Positions 1 to 9,828 of a stretch of DNA of 64,000 bases are shown in pieces; within the stretch, counting starts at the first letter, position 1; every line of letters begins with the position of its first letter. The stretch is from Candidatus Poseidoniia archaeon (lineage in GTDB: Archaea > Thermoplasmatota > Poseidoniia > MGIII > CG-Epi1), in contig JASLZX010000001.1 of assembly GCA_030754655.1 (NCBI GenBank), positions 14,400 to 78,399 on the forward strand, read 5' to 3'. The position numbers were made by a program, and so were the translations under genes. The notes under the pieces were generated by a model that was not told the DNA's origin, did no database searches, and saw only the letters and a program-made list of their open reading frames with translations.

Positions 1-391
1 CGACCTGCGCTCAATCATGGAGTCGGGCGGTGTGGCGATGATTGGCACCGGCGAGGCGCAGGGCACGGACCGCGCGGCCGAGGCCGTGCAGAGCGCCTTC
101 TCGTCGCCACTGCTGGAAGTCGATATCAGCCAGGCTTCGGGCGCGCTCATCAACGTCACCGGCGGCGATGACATGACGCTGCACGAGGCGCACGCGGTGG
201 TGCGCGAAGTGAATGCCAAGATTAATAAGGAGGCCCGAATCATCTGGGGAGCTTCCATCGATTCTTCTCTCGAGCATTCCATTCGTGTGATGCTTGTAGT
301 AACTGGTGTGAAATCATCCCAGATACTTGGTCCTCCAGAAGGAGTCGAAGATGAACTGGTAGCGCGCTACGGGATAGACTTCGTGCAATGA
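1..391 (+). CDS. ftsZ: Cell division protein FtsZ, C-terminal part (5' end outside window)
   Basis: [37 protein letters not shown] and RVMLVVTG motifs of the FtsZ C-terminal domain; archaeal GIDFV tail; conserved ftsZ-secE-spt5-rpl11 order. Confidence 0.95.
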   Translation, partial: DLRSIMESGGVAMIGTGEAQGTDRAAEAVQSAFSSPLLEVDISQASGALINVTGGDDMTLHEAHAVVREVNAKINKEARIIWGASIDSSLEHSIRVMLVVTGVKSSQILGPPEGVEDELVARYGIDFVQ

Positions 392-627
392 GCTACATCG
401 AGCGAATCTGGAATACGCAACAGGGTCTCGAGGACCGCTTCCGACGCATTGGCCGCGGCCGGTTCGGCCGCGTGCTGAGGCTGGCGCGCAAGCCGACCTA
501 CGACGAGTTCGTCAAGAGTTCGTGGATTGTCGGCATCGGCATCGGCATTGTCGGCCTTATCGGTTTCATAGTCTACTACATCTGGCTGAAAGTCCCCCCC
601 ATAATCAGCGACGTACTGGGAATCTAA
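388..627 (+). CDS. secE: Protein translocase subunit SecE (Sec61-gamma)
   Basis: [14 protein letters not shown] motif followed by one TM helix ([13 protein letters not shown]); synteny. Confidence 0.93.
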   Translation: MSYIERIWNTQQGLEDRFRRIGRGRFGRVLRLARKPTYDEFVKSSWIVGIGIGIVGLIGFIVYYIWLKVPPIISDVLGI

Positions 628-635
628 GATTAACC

Positions 636-1175
636 ATGGCAACCTTCGAAGACGAAACAGAGCCTGAAACGCCTTCCCCAGAGGCGAGCATCTACATCAT
701 GAAGACCGCCATCGGGCGCGAGCAGACCGCCGGCGAACGGCTGGCTGACCGCGTTCGCCGCAGCGGCGCGCCGGTCTGGTCAATCCTGGCGCCCTCCAAA
801 CTGCGCGGCTTCGTGTTTGTCGAGACCGACAGCCCCGAGCTGCTGCGCGACAACCTGAAAGGGCTGACGCACGCCCGCGGCATGGTGATGGTCAAGGGCA
901 TCGGCTACGGCCGCTCCAAGCAGCCCGACTCCTTCGGCACCAGCACCCTAGAGGAGCTGAAGCCGCACCTGACCCCGCCGCCGGCCGTAACCGGCATCGC
1001 TGAGGGCAACATCGTCGAAGTCATCGCCGGGCCGTTCAAGGGCGAGAAGGCGCGCGTCCAGCGCATCGACGAGGGCAAGGAAGAGGTTACTGTCGAGCTG
1101 TTCGAGGCAATGGTCCCTATCCCGATTACCGTCCGCGGCGACCACGTCCGCGTGCTCGAGAAGGAGCCGAACTGA
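636..1175 (+). CDS. spt5: Transcription elongation factor Spt5 (NusG homologue)
   Basis: NGN domain (LRGFVFVE) plus KOW motif (GNIVEVIAGPFKGEKARV); start moved to ATG 636 because the longer ORF overlaps secE. Confidence 0.95.
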   Translation: MATFEDETEPETPSPEASIYIMKTAIGREQTAGERLADRVRRSGAPVWSILAPSKLRGFVFVETDSPELLRDNLKGLTHARGMVMVKGIGYGRSKQPDSFGTSTLEELKPHLTPPPAVTGIAEGNIVEVIAGPFKGEKARVQRIDEGKEEVTVELFEAMVPIPITVRGDHVRVLEKEPN

Positions 1176-1645
1176 TGGGCGAGACCGTCGAAGCCCTAGT
1201 CGAAGCGGGCAAGGCCAACGCGGGACCACCGCTCGGGCCGGCACTCGGCCCGAGCGGCGTCAACGTCAAGGCCGTTATCGACGAGATTAACGCTAAAACA
1301 AAGGCAATGGCAGGCATGAAAGTGCCAGTCAAGGTCAAGGTTGCTGACGACAAGTCGTTCAGCATCTCGGTCGGCACGCCCCCCGCGGCATCGCTGGTCA
1401 AGCAGGTTCTCGGCCTCGCCAAGGGGTCGGGCGAAGCGGGAACCGTCGTCGCAGCCGACATGACCCTCGAGCAAGCAATGACCGTTGCCAAGCAGAAGGG
1501 GCCTGCCCTTACGGGTGGTGACCTGAAGGCGATGACCTCCGAAATCCTCGGCGTCGCCAAGTCGATGGGGCTGACCTGCGAGGGGCAGGACCCCAAGGCA
1601 TTCCAGGCCAAGCTACGCGCCGGCGACTACGACGACAGGTTCTGA
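1175..1645 (+). CDS. rpl11: 50S ribosomal protein L11
   Basis: GKANAGPPLGPALGP, INAKT, VGTPP motifs; TGATG overlap with spt5. Confidence 0.97.
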   Translation: MGETVEALVEAGKANAGPPLGPALGPSGVNVKAVIDEINAKTKAMAGMKVPVKVKVADDKSFSISVGTPPAASLVKQVLGLAKGSGEAGTVVAADMTLEQAMTVAKQKGPALTGGDLKAMTSEILGVAKSMGLTCEGQDPKAFQAKLRAGDYDDRF

Positions 1646-2554
1646 ATGCGCGCCGTGCTGGCGCTGGGTGGTAACGCCCTCCAGCAGTCCGGCGACGACG
1701 GCAGTGTCGAAGGCGAGCTGCGGCGCGCGCATGCTTCGCTGGCTCCGCTGGCGGAATTGCTGGCGGGCCGCGACCGGCTGCTGCTGACGCACGGCAATGG
1801 CCCGCAGGTAGGGCACGCGCTGCTGCGCGCCGAAGCGGGGCGCCCTGAAACCCCCGAGCGTCCGCTCGACCACCTTGTTTCCGACACGCAGGGCGGGCTC
1901 GGTTACCTGCTCGAGCGCACGGTGCGCGAAATCATCGCTGGCGCGGGCGGCAGCCGCAGCGTCATGACCATGCTGGCGCAGGTTGAAGTCGCGCCCGAAC
2001 TGGGCGAGCCGTGCAAGCCGGTCGGCCCATGGTATCCAGTGAAATGCCGCGCCGAGCTGGAAGCGCGCGGCTGGGCGCTGGCCAAAGGTGAGCGGGGGGT
2101 GCGCCGGCTGGTCGTTTCGCCCGCGCCGCTGCGGGTGCTCGAACTGGATATCATCCGCTCGCTGTTTGAGAACCGGATGCTCTGCATCACCGCCGGGGGC
2201 GGCGGGACACCGGTGGTCCGTGATGGCAACCGCTGGCGCGGCGTCGAGGGCGTAATTGACAAGGATTCGGTGGCGGGGATGCTGGCGCAGCAGCTGAACG
2301 CGACGCACCTGATTATCGCCACCGACGTCGAGCACGCCTGGGTCGGCCCTGACCGGCGGCCGCTGGGCGAAGTAGGCATCGGTGAGCTGCGCAGCCACTA
2401 CGATGCGGGCGAATTTCCGGCCGGCTCGATGGGGCCCAAGGTGCGTGCCGCGCTCGACTTTATCGAGCGCGGCGGCGAAATGGTCATCATTACCGCGACC
2501 GGGGACGTGATGGCTGCGCTCGCGGGCGAAGCAGGAACGCGGGTCGTCGCCTAG
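1646..2554 (+). CDS. arcC: Carbamate kinase
   Basis: ALGGNAL, THGNGPQVG, KPVGP, GGGGTPV, VIDKD, GSMGPKV motifs. Confidence 0.93.
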   Translation: MRAVLALGGNALQQSGDDGSVEGELRRAHASLAPLAELLAGRDRLLLTHGNGPQVGHALLRAEAGRPETPERPLDHLVSDTQGGLGYLLERTVREIIAGAGGSRSVMTMLAQVEVAPELGEPCKPVGPWYPVKCRAELEARGWALAKGERGVRRLVVSPAPLRVLELDIIRSLFENRMLCITAGGGGTPVVRDGNRWRGVEGVIDKDSVAGMLAQQLNATHLIIATDVEHAWVGPDRRPLGEVGIGELRSHYDAGEFPAGSMGPKVRAALDFIERGGEMVIITATGDVMAALAGEAGTRVVA

Positions 2555-3009
2555 AGGAACTGCAACTCTTCCCCGGCGACCAGTCGCGCGCAGTAAGCGC
2601 ACGCCAGCTGGAGCGGCTCGCGGCTGCGCAGCAGCAGTCGGCTGGTGGCGCCGCGCTCGTTGTTGGAAATGCAGTTGGTGTTGGGGCAGCGCGCAACGCC
2701 CGCCACCTCTTCGGGAATTTCGACCGCCGTCTTCTCGGCAACCGAGTAGTTGCGAATGATATTGACATGAGCGCTGGGCGAGAGCAACGCGATGCGCTCG
2801 GTCTCGCTCTCAGTCAGTTCGCGGTCCTCAATCTTGATTATGTCCTTGCGCCCCTGCTTGGAGCTGGGGACGTTAATCAGCAGGCTGACCGTGTTACCGG
2901 TGCTCGCCACGTCGAGGATGTCGAGAATCTTAAGTCCGGCACCGGCGCGCAGGTGGTCAATCACGGTGCCGTTGCGAATCGGCTGTACCTTGAGCAGGTT
3001 GTCCGCCAT
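2551..3009 (-). CDS. pyrI: Aspartate carbamoyltransferase regulatory subunit
   Basis: IRNGTVIDH, KDIIKIE, CPNTNCISN and CAYC zinc ligands. Confidence 0.97.
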   Translation of the reverse strand: MADNLLKVQPIRNGTVIDHLRAGAGLKILDILDVASTGNTVSLLINVPSSKQGRKDIIKIEDRELTESETERIALLSPSAHVNIIRNYSVAEKTAVEIPEEVAGVARCPNTNCISNNERGATSRLLLRSREPLQLACAYCARLVAGEELQFL

Positions 3010-3914
3010 CAGCCGCCCCCGAGCAGCATTTCCAGCAGCGCCATCCGCACCGGGACGCCGTTGAACGCCTGGCGGAAGTAGGCGGCGTGGTCGGTCTCGT
3101 CGACGTCGGTCGCAATCTCGCCGACGCGCGGCAGTGGGTGCAGCACCCGCAGCCCCGGTTTCGCGTCGCGCAGCGTCTCGGCCGAGATGGTATAGGCGCC
3201 GGCGACACGGACATAGTCCTCCGGGTCGGGGAAGCGCTCCTTCTGGATGCGGGTGACGTAGAGCAGGTCCAGCTCCGGCAGCACTCCGTCGAGCGCCGTG
3301 TGCGCGCTCCAGTCGTCAGGCAGCCCCGCGGTCACGCGGCGTGGCATCGCTAGGCTTTCAGGAGCGATGAAATGCATCGTAGCATCGTAACGCGCCAGCG
3401 CCGCCGCAAGCGAGTGGACCGTGCGGCCGTAGCGCAAGTCCCCCAGCAGGCCGACCGTCAGCCCCTCCAGTTTGCCCAGCTCCTCGCGTATCGTGAAGAG
3501 GTCGAGCAGAGTCTGCGTCGGGTGTTGACCGGCACCGTCACCGCCGTTGATGACTGGGACATCGGATATTTCGGCCGCCAGCCGCGCCGAGCCTTCCTGC
3601 GGGTGGCGCAGGACGATGGCGTCAGCGTAGCCGGCGACCATCCGCACCGCGTCAGCCAGCGTCTCGCCTTTCAGGTGCGAAGTCGTCCGGGAGTCGGCGA
3701 AGCCGATAACATTGCCGCCCAGCCGGTGCATCGCGGTCTCGAAGGAGAGCCGCGTACGGGTCGACGGTTCGAAGAAGCAGGTGGCGAGGATTTTTCCGAC
3801 GAACGCGTCGCTGCGCTCTTCGCCGCGCGCTACCGGCAGCAGCTCGCGCGCGCGGTCGAGGATGAACGTGATTTCGTCATCGGTGAGGTCCTGTATGGTG
3901 ACGACGTGGTCCAC
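3009..3914 (-). CDS. pyrB: Aspartate carbamoyltransferase catalytic subunit
   Basis: FFEPSTRTRLSFE, HPTQTLLD, YVTRIQKER, HPLPR motifs. Confidence 0.97.
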   Translation of the reverse strand: MDHVVTIQDLTDDEITFILDRARELLPVARGEERSDAFVGKILATCFFEPSTRTRLSFETAMHRLGGNVIGFADSRTTSHLKGETLADAVRMVAGYADAIVLRHPQEGSARLAAEISDVPVINGGDGAGQHPTQTLLDLFTIREELGKLEGLTVGLLGDLRYGRTVHSLAAALARYDATMHFIAPESLAMPRRVTAGLPDDWSAHTALDGVLPELDLLYVTRIQKERFPDPEDYVRVAGAYTISAETLRDAKPGLRVLHPLPRVGEIATDVDETDHAAYFRQAFNGVPVRMALLEMLLGGG

Positions 3915-4026
3915 GGCGGGCGCAGGGAGGGGGGTCTTTTAGGGTTGACTCGGCGCGGCGAGATGGTTTCCGACACCGCCGGTAGCGCGCGCAACGGTTT
4001 ATAGACTCACTGCAAAGGCGACGCGC

Positions 4027-4590
4027 ATGCCACGAGAGGGACTCAGGCTGGCGCACAATCCACTGGTGCGCAGTGTCTGGATGCTACTGGGCCACGCCTG
4101 CGTCGCTATTGGCACCATCGGCGCGTATGTGCCAGGGCTGCCGACCGTCTCGTTCTACGTGCTGGCGGCGGCGTTCTATGCACGTGGCTCGGAGAAGTTC
4201 TACAACTGGCTGCTGCACCACCCGGTCTTCGGCCGCTACGTCCGCGACTACCGTGCCGGGCTAGGGATGCCGTTCCGCTCGAAGGTCTACACGATTGCAA
4301 TGATGTGGACCGCCGTGACTTACGCAGTCTACGCGTTGACGCGGCTGGGCGACCCGGGCTACGGGCAGGCGACGGTGCTGCTGGCGGGGGTCATCGGTGC
4401 CTGGTTCGTCGGCCTGCATATACCGACGCAGCACACTGACCGAGAAGCGAACATGCGCTGGCTGCTGCGCATCCTGAGCGCCGCTTGTGCGGCGCTCTAC
4501 ATCGTCGTGGCGTGGCTGGCGGCCGGGCCGCTGCAACTGCTGGCGCTGGTGGGGACCGCGATTGCGGCCGGGCTCGCGGCAAGGGCTTAA
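4027..4590 (+). CDS. YbaN/DUF454-family membrane protein
   Basis: IGAYVPGLPTVSFYVLAA...FYNWLLHHPVFG pattern typical of DUF454; several hydrophobic segments. Confidence 0.8.
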   Translation: MPREGLRLAHNPLVRSVWMLLGHACVAIGTIGAYVPGLPTVSFYVLAAAFYARGSEKFYNWLLHHPVFGRYVRDYRAGLGMPFRSKVYTIAMMWTAVTYAVYALTRLGDPGYGQATVLLAGVIGAWFVGLHIPTQHTDREANMRWLLRILSAACAALYIVVAWLAAGPLQLLALVGTAIAAGLAARA

Positions 4591-4591
4591 G

Positions 4592-5224
4592 TTGCTGGAG
4601 CATTCCCCCGACGTGGCTGCGCGCAAGGATACCAACATCGCCTACAAGATTTATGCGCCGGTTTACGACCGCGTTTTCGCGCCCAGTTTCGCCGAGGGGC
4701 ATACACGGATGGTCGAGGCGCTCGACGCACAGCCGGGCGAGCGGGTGCTGGAAGTGGGGGTCGGCACCGGCATCTCGCTACGCCACTACGTGGCCGGCGT
4801 CAGAGTCGACGCGCTCGACTTCAGCGCGGCAATGCTGAAAAAGGCGCAGAAACGGCTCGACAAGGGCGAGGTAGCCGCGGAGGTGACGCTGCACCAGATG
4901 GACGCGCACAAGCTGGAATTCGACGACGGCACGTTCGACCATGCGGTAGTGGCGCACGCGATTGCCGTCGTGGCGGAGCCGGAAGTGGTGCTGCACGAGA
5001 TGATGCGCGTCACCCAACCCGGCGGCAAGCTGGTGGTGGTCAACCATTACAAGGACGACCCTGGGAAGCTCTGGCGCGCGTGGAATCCGGTGCGGCGGAA
5101 GCTAGGGCTGGGGCAGCACTTCGACCTTCCGGAACTTTTGCAGGCGTGCGGGCTGGAAATCGTGAGCGACAATAGCGTCAATCGCATCAAGTCGCGACTG
5201 ATTGTGACGCGGCTGCCCACCTAG
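4592..5224 (+). CDS. Class I SAM-dependent methyltransferase (PmtA/UbiE-like)
   Basis: AYKIYAPVYD, VLEVGVGTG (motif I), PGGKLVVVNH; start placed at in-frame TTG 4592 after the upstream stop (uncertain). Confidence 0.8.
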   Translation: MLEHSPDVAARKDTNIAYKIYAPVYDRVFAPSFAEGHTRMVEALDAQPGERVLEVGVGTGISLRHYVAGVRVDALDFSAAMLKKAQKRLDKGEVAAEVTLHQMDAHKLEFDDGTFDHAVVAHAIAVVAEPEVVLHEMMRVTQPGGKLVVVNHYKDDPGKLWRAWNPVRRKLGLGQHFDLPELLQACGLEIVSDNSVNRIKSRLIVTRLPT

Positions 5225-6684
5225 AGGCCGTGGCGCGCAACGTGCAGGCCGTAGCTGCCGAGAATCTGCGGTGCAATCTGTAGCGACTCGGCGTTGATTT
5301 GCTCGATGGTATCATACGGCGTGTGGTATTCGGCCGAACCCGAACCGTAGCCGGTGGCGGTCGTAAAGCCCTCCATCGCGAAAGTGCGGTGGTCGGACGG
5401 TCCCGCCACGGCCGCGTAGCTAACCGGCGTCTGGTAGTCAGCTGCCAGCGCGGGGAACCGCTCGCGCCACAACTCCATGACTTTCTCGATTTCCGCTTTC
5501 AGGTCGGGGTTGTTGACCTCGAACGGGATGCTGTCGCCGCTCTCCCCGAGGTCGGCATGGGTCATGTCAAAGTTCAGGTAGAGCCGCAAGTCGCTCTGCA
5601 GGGCGGCCTCGTTCTGCAGGAAATAGCCGTACGAACCGAGCAGTCCCAGCTCCTCGGCGCCCCATGTCGCAAAGCGCACAGTGTATTCCAGTTCGCCCGC
5701 CTGCACGAACTGGCGCGCCATCTCGATTATTTCGGCGGTGCCGACGGTGTTGTCGACCGCGCCGTCGCCGACGTAATGCGTGTCCATGTGCGCACCGAGC
5801 ATCACGATTTGCGACGACTTGCCAACGATGTCGCCGGTGACGACACGCGTTTCGCGCAGCTCGATTACGACATTTATATCCAGATCGACGAGCGCCGACA
5901 CGTCGTCGTCCTCTTCGGCAGCGTCAATCCAGTCCTGTAATTGCTGGCCTGCCGTCTGGGAGAGCATCAGGTGCGGGATTAACTGGTCGGCATATTCTGG
6001 ATACGCTTCGGGAAATGGGATCATGTGGCCGCGCGCGTCAGCCCCGTAGGACGCCTTGCCAATCGGCCAATCACGCCCTACATCGTAAATCAGTGAGACT
6101 GCCGCGCCATTGTCGAGCGCCTGTAGATAGAGCGCGCTGTAGCTGAGCGCACCGTCGTTGGCGACCAGAACCGCCCGGCCGGAGACTGGTCCGGCAGCGG
6201 AATAGTTGGCGTCGTCACCATTGCCGACGAAGATCGCCTCAATGTCAGAGTCGTCGAGCGAGCCCGAGAAGGCGAGCACGGTGAAATCCTCGAGGTGCGA
6301 CAGCTGCTGCTCGTCGCGGTCGACCGTCACTCCCAGGATCTGCTCCTCACGGGCGATGGTCAGCTCCTGCGTCCCGACCGGCTCGTAGAGCGTCCACGGC
6401 ACGGGGTGGACTGTGACGCGCGCCAGCCCCGCCGCGGTAAACTGACTGGCGACATATTCGGCGCCCAACAACTCCGCTTCGCCGCCGGCAAAACGCGGAC
6501 CGTTGGCAGTCAACGCCTCGATATCCTCGTAGGCGCGCTGGTAGTCGAAGGCGATGAACTCCACCTCCGGCTCCCCGAACGGCCACCAGACCCAGGCGGC
6601 CGCGCCGCTGACGAGCAGCAGCAGCACCAGCGCCACCGCGATAATGCGGCCACGCGTCGTCTCGAGGCTGGAGGGAAATTGCAC
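5221..6684 (-). CDS. Membrane-anchored M28 aminopeptidase with PA domain
   Basis: N-terminal TM; GAHMDT, GAVDNTVG, WGAEELGLLGS, NFDM, SDH, YHTPYD zinc-peptidase motifs; GTG start at 6684 inferred. Confidence 0.88.
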   Translation of the reverse strand: MQFPSSLETTRGRIIAVALVLLLLVSGAAAWVWWPFGEPEVEFIAFDYQRAYEDIEALTANGPRFAGGEAELLGAEYVASQFTAAGLARVTVHPVPWTLYEPVGTQELTIAREEQILGVTVDRDEQQLSHLEDFTVLAFSGSLDDSDIEAIFVGNGDDANYSAAGPVSGRAVLVANDGALSYSALYLQALDNGAAVSLIYDVGRDWPIGKASYGADARGHMIPFPEAYPEYADQLIPHLMLSQTAGQQLQDWIDAAEEDDDVSALVDLDINVVIELRETRVVTGDIVGKSSQIVMLGAHMDTHYVGDGAVDNTVGTAEIIEMARQFVQAGELEYTVRFATWGAEELGLLGSYGYFLQNEAALQSDLRLYLNFDMTHADLGESGDSIPFEVNNPDLKAEIEKVMELWRERFPALAADYQTPVSYAAVAGPSDHRTFAMEGFTTATGYGSGSAEYHTPYDTIEQINAESLQIAPQILGSYGLHVARHGL

Positions 6685-6752
6685 GGGGCGCCAGCGTGGC
6701 GCGCTAATAAGCGCAATCCGCTTATACGCAGCACATAAAGGGGTCGCATAGC

Positions 6753-8180
6753 GTGCAACGCAAGAACTTCGGCCGCAACCAGGTGCTTCAGCCATCGGCG
6801 GCCTACACCCCAGCCGACGAGCAGGAAGTCCTACAGATTCTCGACAGACACCGCGGCCAGCGCATCCGCGCCGTCGGCAGATTGCATAGCTGGAGCGAGA
6901 CAGTTCTCGGCGACGGCGTGCTGCTGGACCTGCGACGATTGAACGACGTCCGGCTCCGGCCCGACGGCGACCAGCTCGTTGCCACGGTTGGGGCCGGATG
7001 CCAGATCAAACGCCTCCTCAAAGAGCTCGATCGCGATGGCGCCACCCTGCATTCGCTGGGCCTGATCACGGCCCAGACAATCGCCGGGGCGATCTCCACC
7101 GGCACTCACGGTTCGGGACGCAACAGCATGTCGCACTATGTGGTGGGGGTGCGGCTGGCGCGCTATGACGCTTCCAGCGGCCAGGCTACCATCGAGGAGC
7201 TGAGCGCCGGAGAACCCCTGCAGGCAGCTCGCTGCTCACTGGGATCGCTCGGGATCATCCTGACCGTGAAGATTCGCTGCCGCGCACAGTACCACGTGCA
7301 GGAGCACTTCACCGAGTCCCGTCGGCTGTCGGACGTCCTGGATGCCGAGGCGTCATTTCCGCTCCAGCAGTTCTACCTCGTCCCCTGGCGCTGGTCCTAT
7401 TTCATCCAGCACCGGCGTGAGCATGACCAGCCTCGTTCCCGCCTCGCTAGGCTGTACCGGCTCTACTGGCTGGGGGTGATGGACTACGGCTTGATTCTGC
7501 AAATCCTTTTCCTGGAACGCGTGGTGCGAAGTCGGCGCTTGATTCGGCTTGCCTTTCGTCGCATCATCCCGGCCTTCCTGATTCGCAACTGGAGGGTCAC
7601 GGACCGCTCCTCGTCCATGCTGGTGATGAGGCACGATGCCTTCCGCCACATCGAGATTGAGGTGTTCGTGCGCCGAGACAAACTGGTGGACGCGCTCAGG
7701 TTTGCCCAAGAAACCATCAAGGTCGCTGGCGGAAGGGAGTCAACGTTGTCCGCAGACAACCAGCAGCGAATCGAGGGGCTCGGCATGCAAGAGGCACTAG
7801 CCGAGCTTCACGACCAGTACTGCCACCACTTTCCCATCTGCGTGCGGCGGGTGCTTCCCGATGACACCCTGATCTCGATGGCCAGCGGTGCGGGGGAGGA
7901 CTGGTACGCGCTGAGCTTCATCAGCTACGCGAGACCAGCACGGCGTGCTGGTTTTTCCCTGTTCGCGAGCTTCATGGCCCGAAGCATGTCACGACTGTTC
8001 CATGCTCGTCCGCACTGGGGAAAAGTCTGCCCACTGGAGGACAACGAGCTGACATCCCTCTACCCCAAGTTCAATGCTTTTCGCACCGTCTGCAATACAC
8101 TTGATCCGCAAGGCGTCTTTCAAAATGGCTGGACGGCAGCGCTGCTGGAAGCAGATGGTCCTGCGGGAGATATTCCTTGA
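6753..8180 (+). CDS. FAD-linked oxidoreductase (D-arabinono-/L-gulono-1,4-lactone oxidase family)
   Basis: GRLHSW FAD-binding His motif, GAISTGTHGSG, SLGSLGII, RPHWGK, LDPQGVFQN. Confidence 0.85.
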   Translation: MQRKNFGRNQVLQPSAAYTPADEQEVLQILDRHRGQRIRAVGRLHSWSETVLGDGVLLDLRRLNDVRLRPDGDQLVATVGAGCQIKRLLKELDRDGATLHSLGLITAQTIAGAISTGTHGSGRNSMSHYVVGVRLARYDASSGQATIEELSAGEPLQAARCSLGSLGIILTVKIRCRAQYHVQEHFTESRRLSDVLDAEASFPLQQFYLVPWRWSYFIQHRREHDQPRSRLARLYRLYWLGVMDYGLILQILFLERVVRSRRLIRLAFRRIIPAFLIRNWRVTDRSSSMLVMRHDAFRHIEIEVFVRRDKLVDALRFAQETIKVAGGRESTLSADNQQRIEGLGMQEALAELHDQYCHHFPICVRRVLPDDTLISMASGAGEDWYALSFISYARPARRAGFSLFASFMARSMSRLFHARPHWGKVCPLEDNELTSLYPKFNAFRTVCNTLDPQGVFQNGWTAALLEADGPAGDIP

Positions 8181-8258
8181 AGGATGGCTCGAGTGAACGT
8201 GCGTAGGTGCCGTTCTGGAAACGAGTTATGATGTCGCGCCTGTTTTAAATATCGGTCG

Positions 8259-9263
8259 TCAGAGAAGCTCGGGGTGGTCACGCACCCATTCCAGCGTGTC
8301 GCGAACGGTCTGCCGGATGGGGCGCGGGCGCCATCCCAGCTCGCGGCGAGCCTTGCTCGTATCGTAATTGGTCGGCTTGCCCAGGTATTCACGCACGGTT
8401 TCCGGCGTCAGCCGCGGCTCGCGCCCAAACCAGCTGCGGAACTGCTCGAGCCGCGCCAGCGCGCGCACCTGCCAGAGCGCCGCTTGGCGGGTCGGCACCG
8501 CAATCGTGGGGTCGATGTCGCGTACCAGCGCGACCAGCTCGGCGGCCGGCAGGCATTCGGTACAGAGAATGTGGCGGCCGCGCGCCTGCCGCGTTTCGTA
8601 GGCGAGCACGTGCCCCTGCGCGACGTCGCGCGCGTCGACCAGCCCGTAGGTGATGGGCGGAATGCGGCGCAGCTCGCCGCGCAGCAGCATGCGATACGGC
8701 ACGGTCGAAGGCGTGTGACGGTGGAAGTCGGGGCCGATGACTGCCGTCGGGTTGATGACCAGCAGGTCGAGCCCACTCTCCTCGGCGAAGGCCCAGGCGC
8801 GGTGCTCCGCTTCCGTTTTCGCGTAGGAGTAGGGATGGCGCGACGCGTCGTTCCAGTCCGCTTCGCTAAGCGGTGCGCCATCCGGTCCCGCCCGGCCGAC
8901 GGCAGCGGTCGACGACGTGAAGACCACGCGCCCGACGCCCGCCACGTGCGCAGCGCGCAGCACGTTGATGCCGCCGGTTATCGACGGTTCAATGATTTCG
9001 CGCTGCGGGTCGCGCGCCCAGCTGCGGTAGACTGCAGCGACCTGGAACAGCCCGTCGCGCCCCTCCATCACCGGCGCGAGCGTCTCCGGACGCATCAGGT
9101 CCGCCTGCACGATTTCAACGCCCATGGCTTCGAGATGCGCTGTTTTGGCGGGGTCGCTGGCGTCGCGCACCGTCGCGCGCACGTCGTAGTCGCGCGCGAC
9201 CAGCAGCTTCGCGACCGAATATCCGACGTGTCCGTTGGCGCCAGTGACGACTACGCGCTTCAC
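8259..9263 (-). CDS. NAD-dependent epimerase/dehydratase (dihydroflavonol-reductase-like extended SDR)
   Basis: VTGANGHVG, VVFTSS, YSYAK catalytic motif, VDARDVA. Confidence 0.88.
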   Translation of the reverse strand: MKRVVVTGANGHVGYSVAKLLVARDYDVRATVRDASDPAKTAHLEAMGVEIVQADLMRPETLAPVMEGRDGLFQVAAVYRSWARDPQREIIEPSITGGINVLRAAHVAGVGRVVFTSSTAAVGRAGPDGAPLSEADWNDASRHPYSYAKTEAEHRAWAFAEESGLDLLVINPTAVIGPDFHRHTPSTVPYRMLLRGELRRIPPITYGLVDARDVAQGHVLAYETRQARGRHILCTECLPAAELVALVRDIDPTIAVPTRQAALWQVRALARLEQFRSWFGREPRLTPETVREYLGKPTNYDTSKARRELGWRPRPIRQTVRDTLEWVRDHPELL

Positions 9264-9820
9264 GCGCTCTCCGGCGGCTGCATGAACTGCGCGCGGTAGA
9301 ACTTGAGCTCGGCGATTGACTCTAGGATGTCACCCCGTGCGCGGTGCGCCTCGAGCTTGGAGGGAGCCTGTTTCATTGCCTTCGGGTACCAGCGCCACGC
9401 CAGTTCTTTGATACTCGAAACATCAACGACGCGATAGTGGCAGCGGTTCTCCAGTTTAGGCATCTGCACTTCCAGAAATCGCCGGTCAGTGCCAATGGAG
9501 TTGCCGCACATTGGTGGCCGGTAGTCCTGCGGCAAGTGCGAGTCGATGAAACTCAGCGTCTGTTCCTCCGCTTCCGCCAGTGTAAGCTCCGAAGCACGAA
9601 TTTCATCGAGCAGTCCCGAGCGCTGATGCATCTCGTGGACGTAGTCGCCCATCCGCTCCAGCCGTTCCTCGTGCGCATGCACTATCAGGTCCGGCCCCTC
9701 CGCTATTACCTCTAGGTGCGCATCAGTGATGACAGTCGCAATCTCGACGATATCGTGATAATTTGAATCGAGTCCCGTCATCTCCAAATCCAGCCACAAA
9801 AGTTCTCTAGCCATATTCAC
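9260..9820 (-). CDS. orn: Oligoribonuclease (DEDDh 3'-5' exonuclease)
   Basis: WLDLEMTGLD (ExoI), GNSIGTDRRFL (ExoII), HYRVVDVSSIKEL, HRARGDILESI (ExoIII); start may be ATG 9814. Confidence 0.92.
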   Translation of the reverse strand: MNMARELLWLDLEMTGLDSNYHDIVEIATVITDAHLEVIAEGPDLIVHAHEERLERMGDYVHEMHQRSGLLDEIRASELTLAEAEEQTLSFIDSHLPQDYRPPMCGNSIGTDRRFLEVQMPKLENRCHYRVVDVSSIKELAWRWYPKAMKQAPSKLEAHRARGDILESIAELKFYRAQFMQPPESA

Positions 9821-9828
9821 CCTAAATT

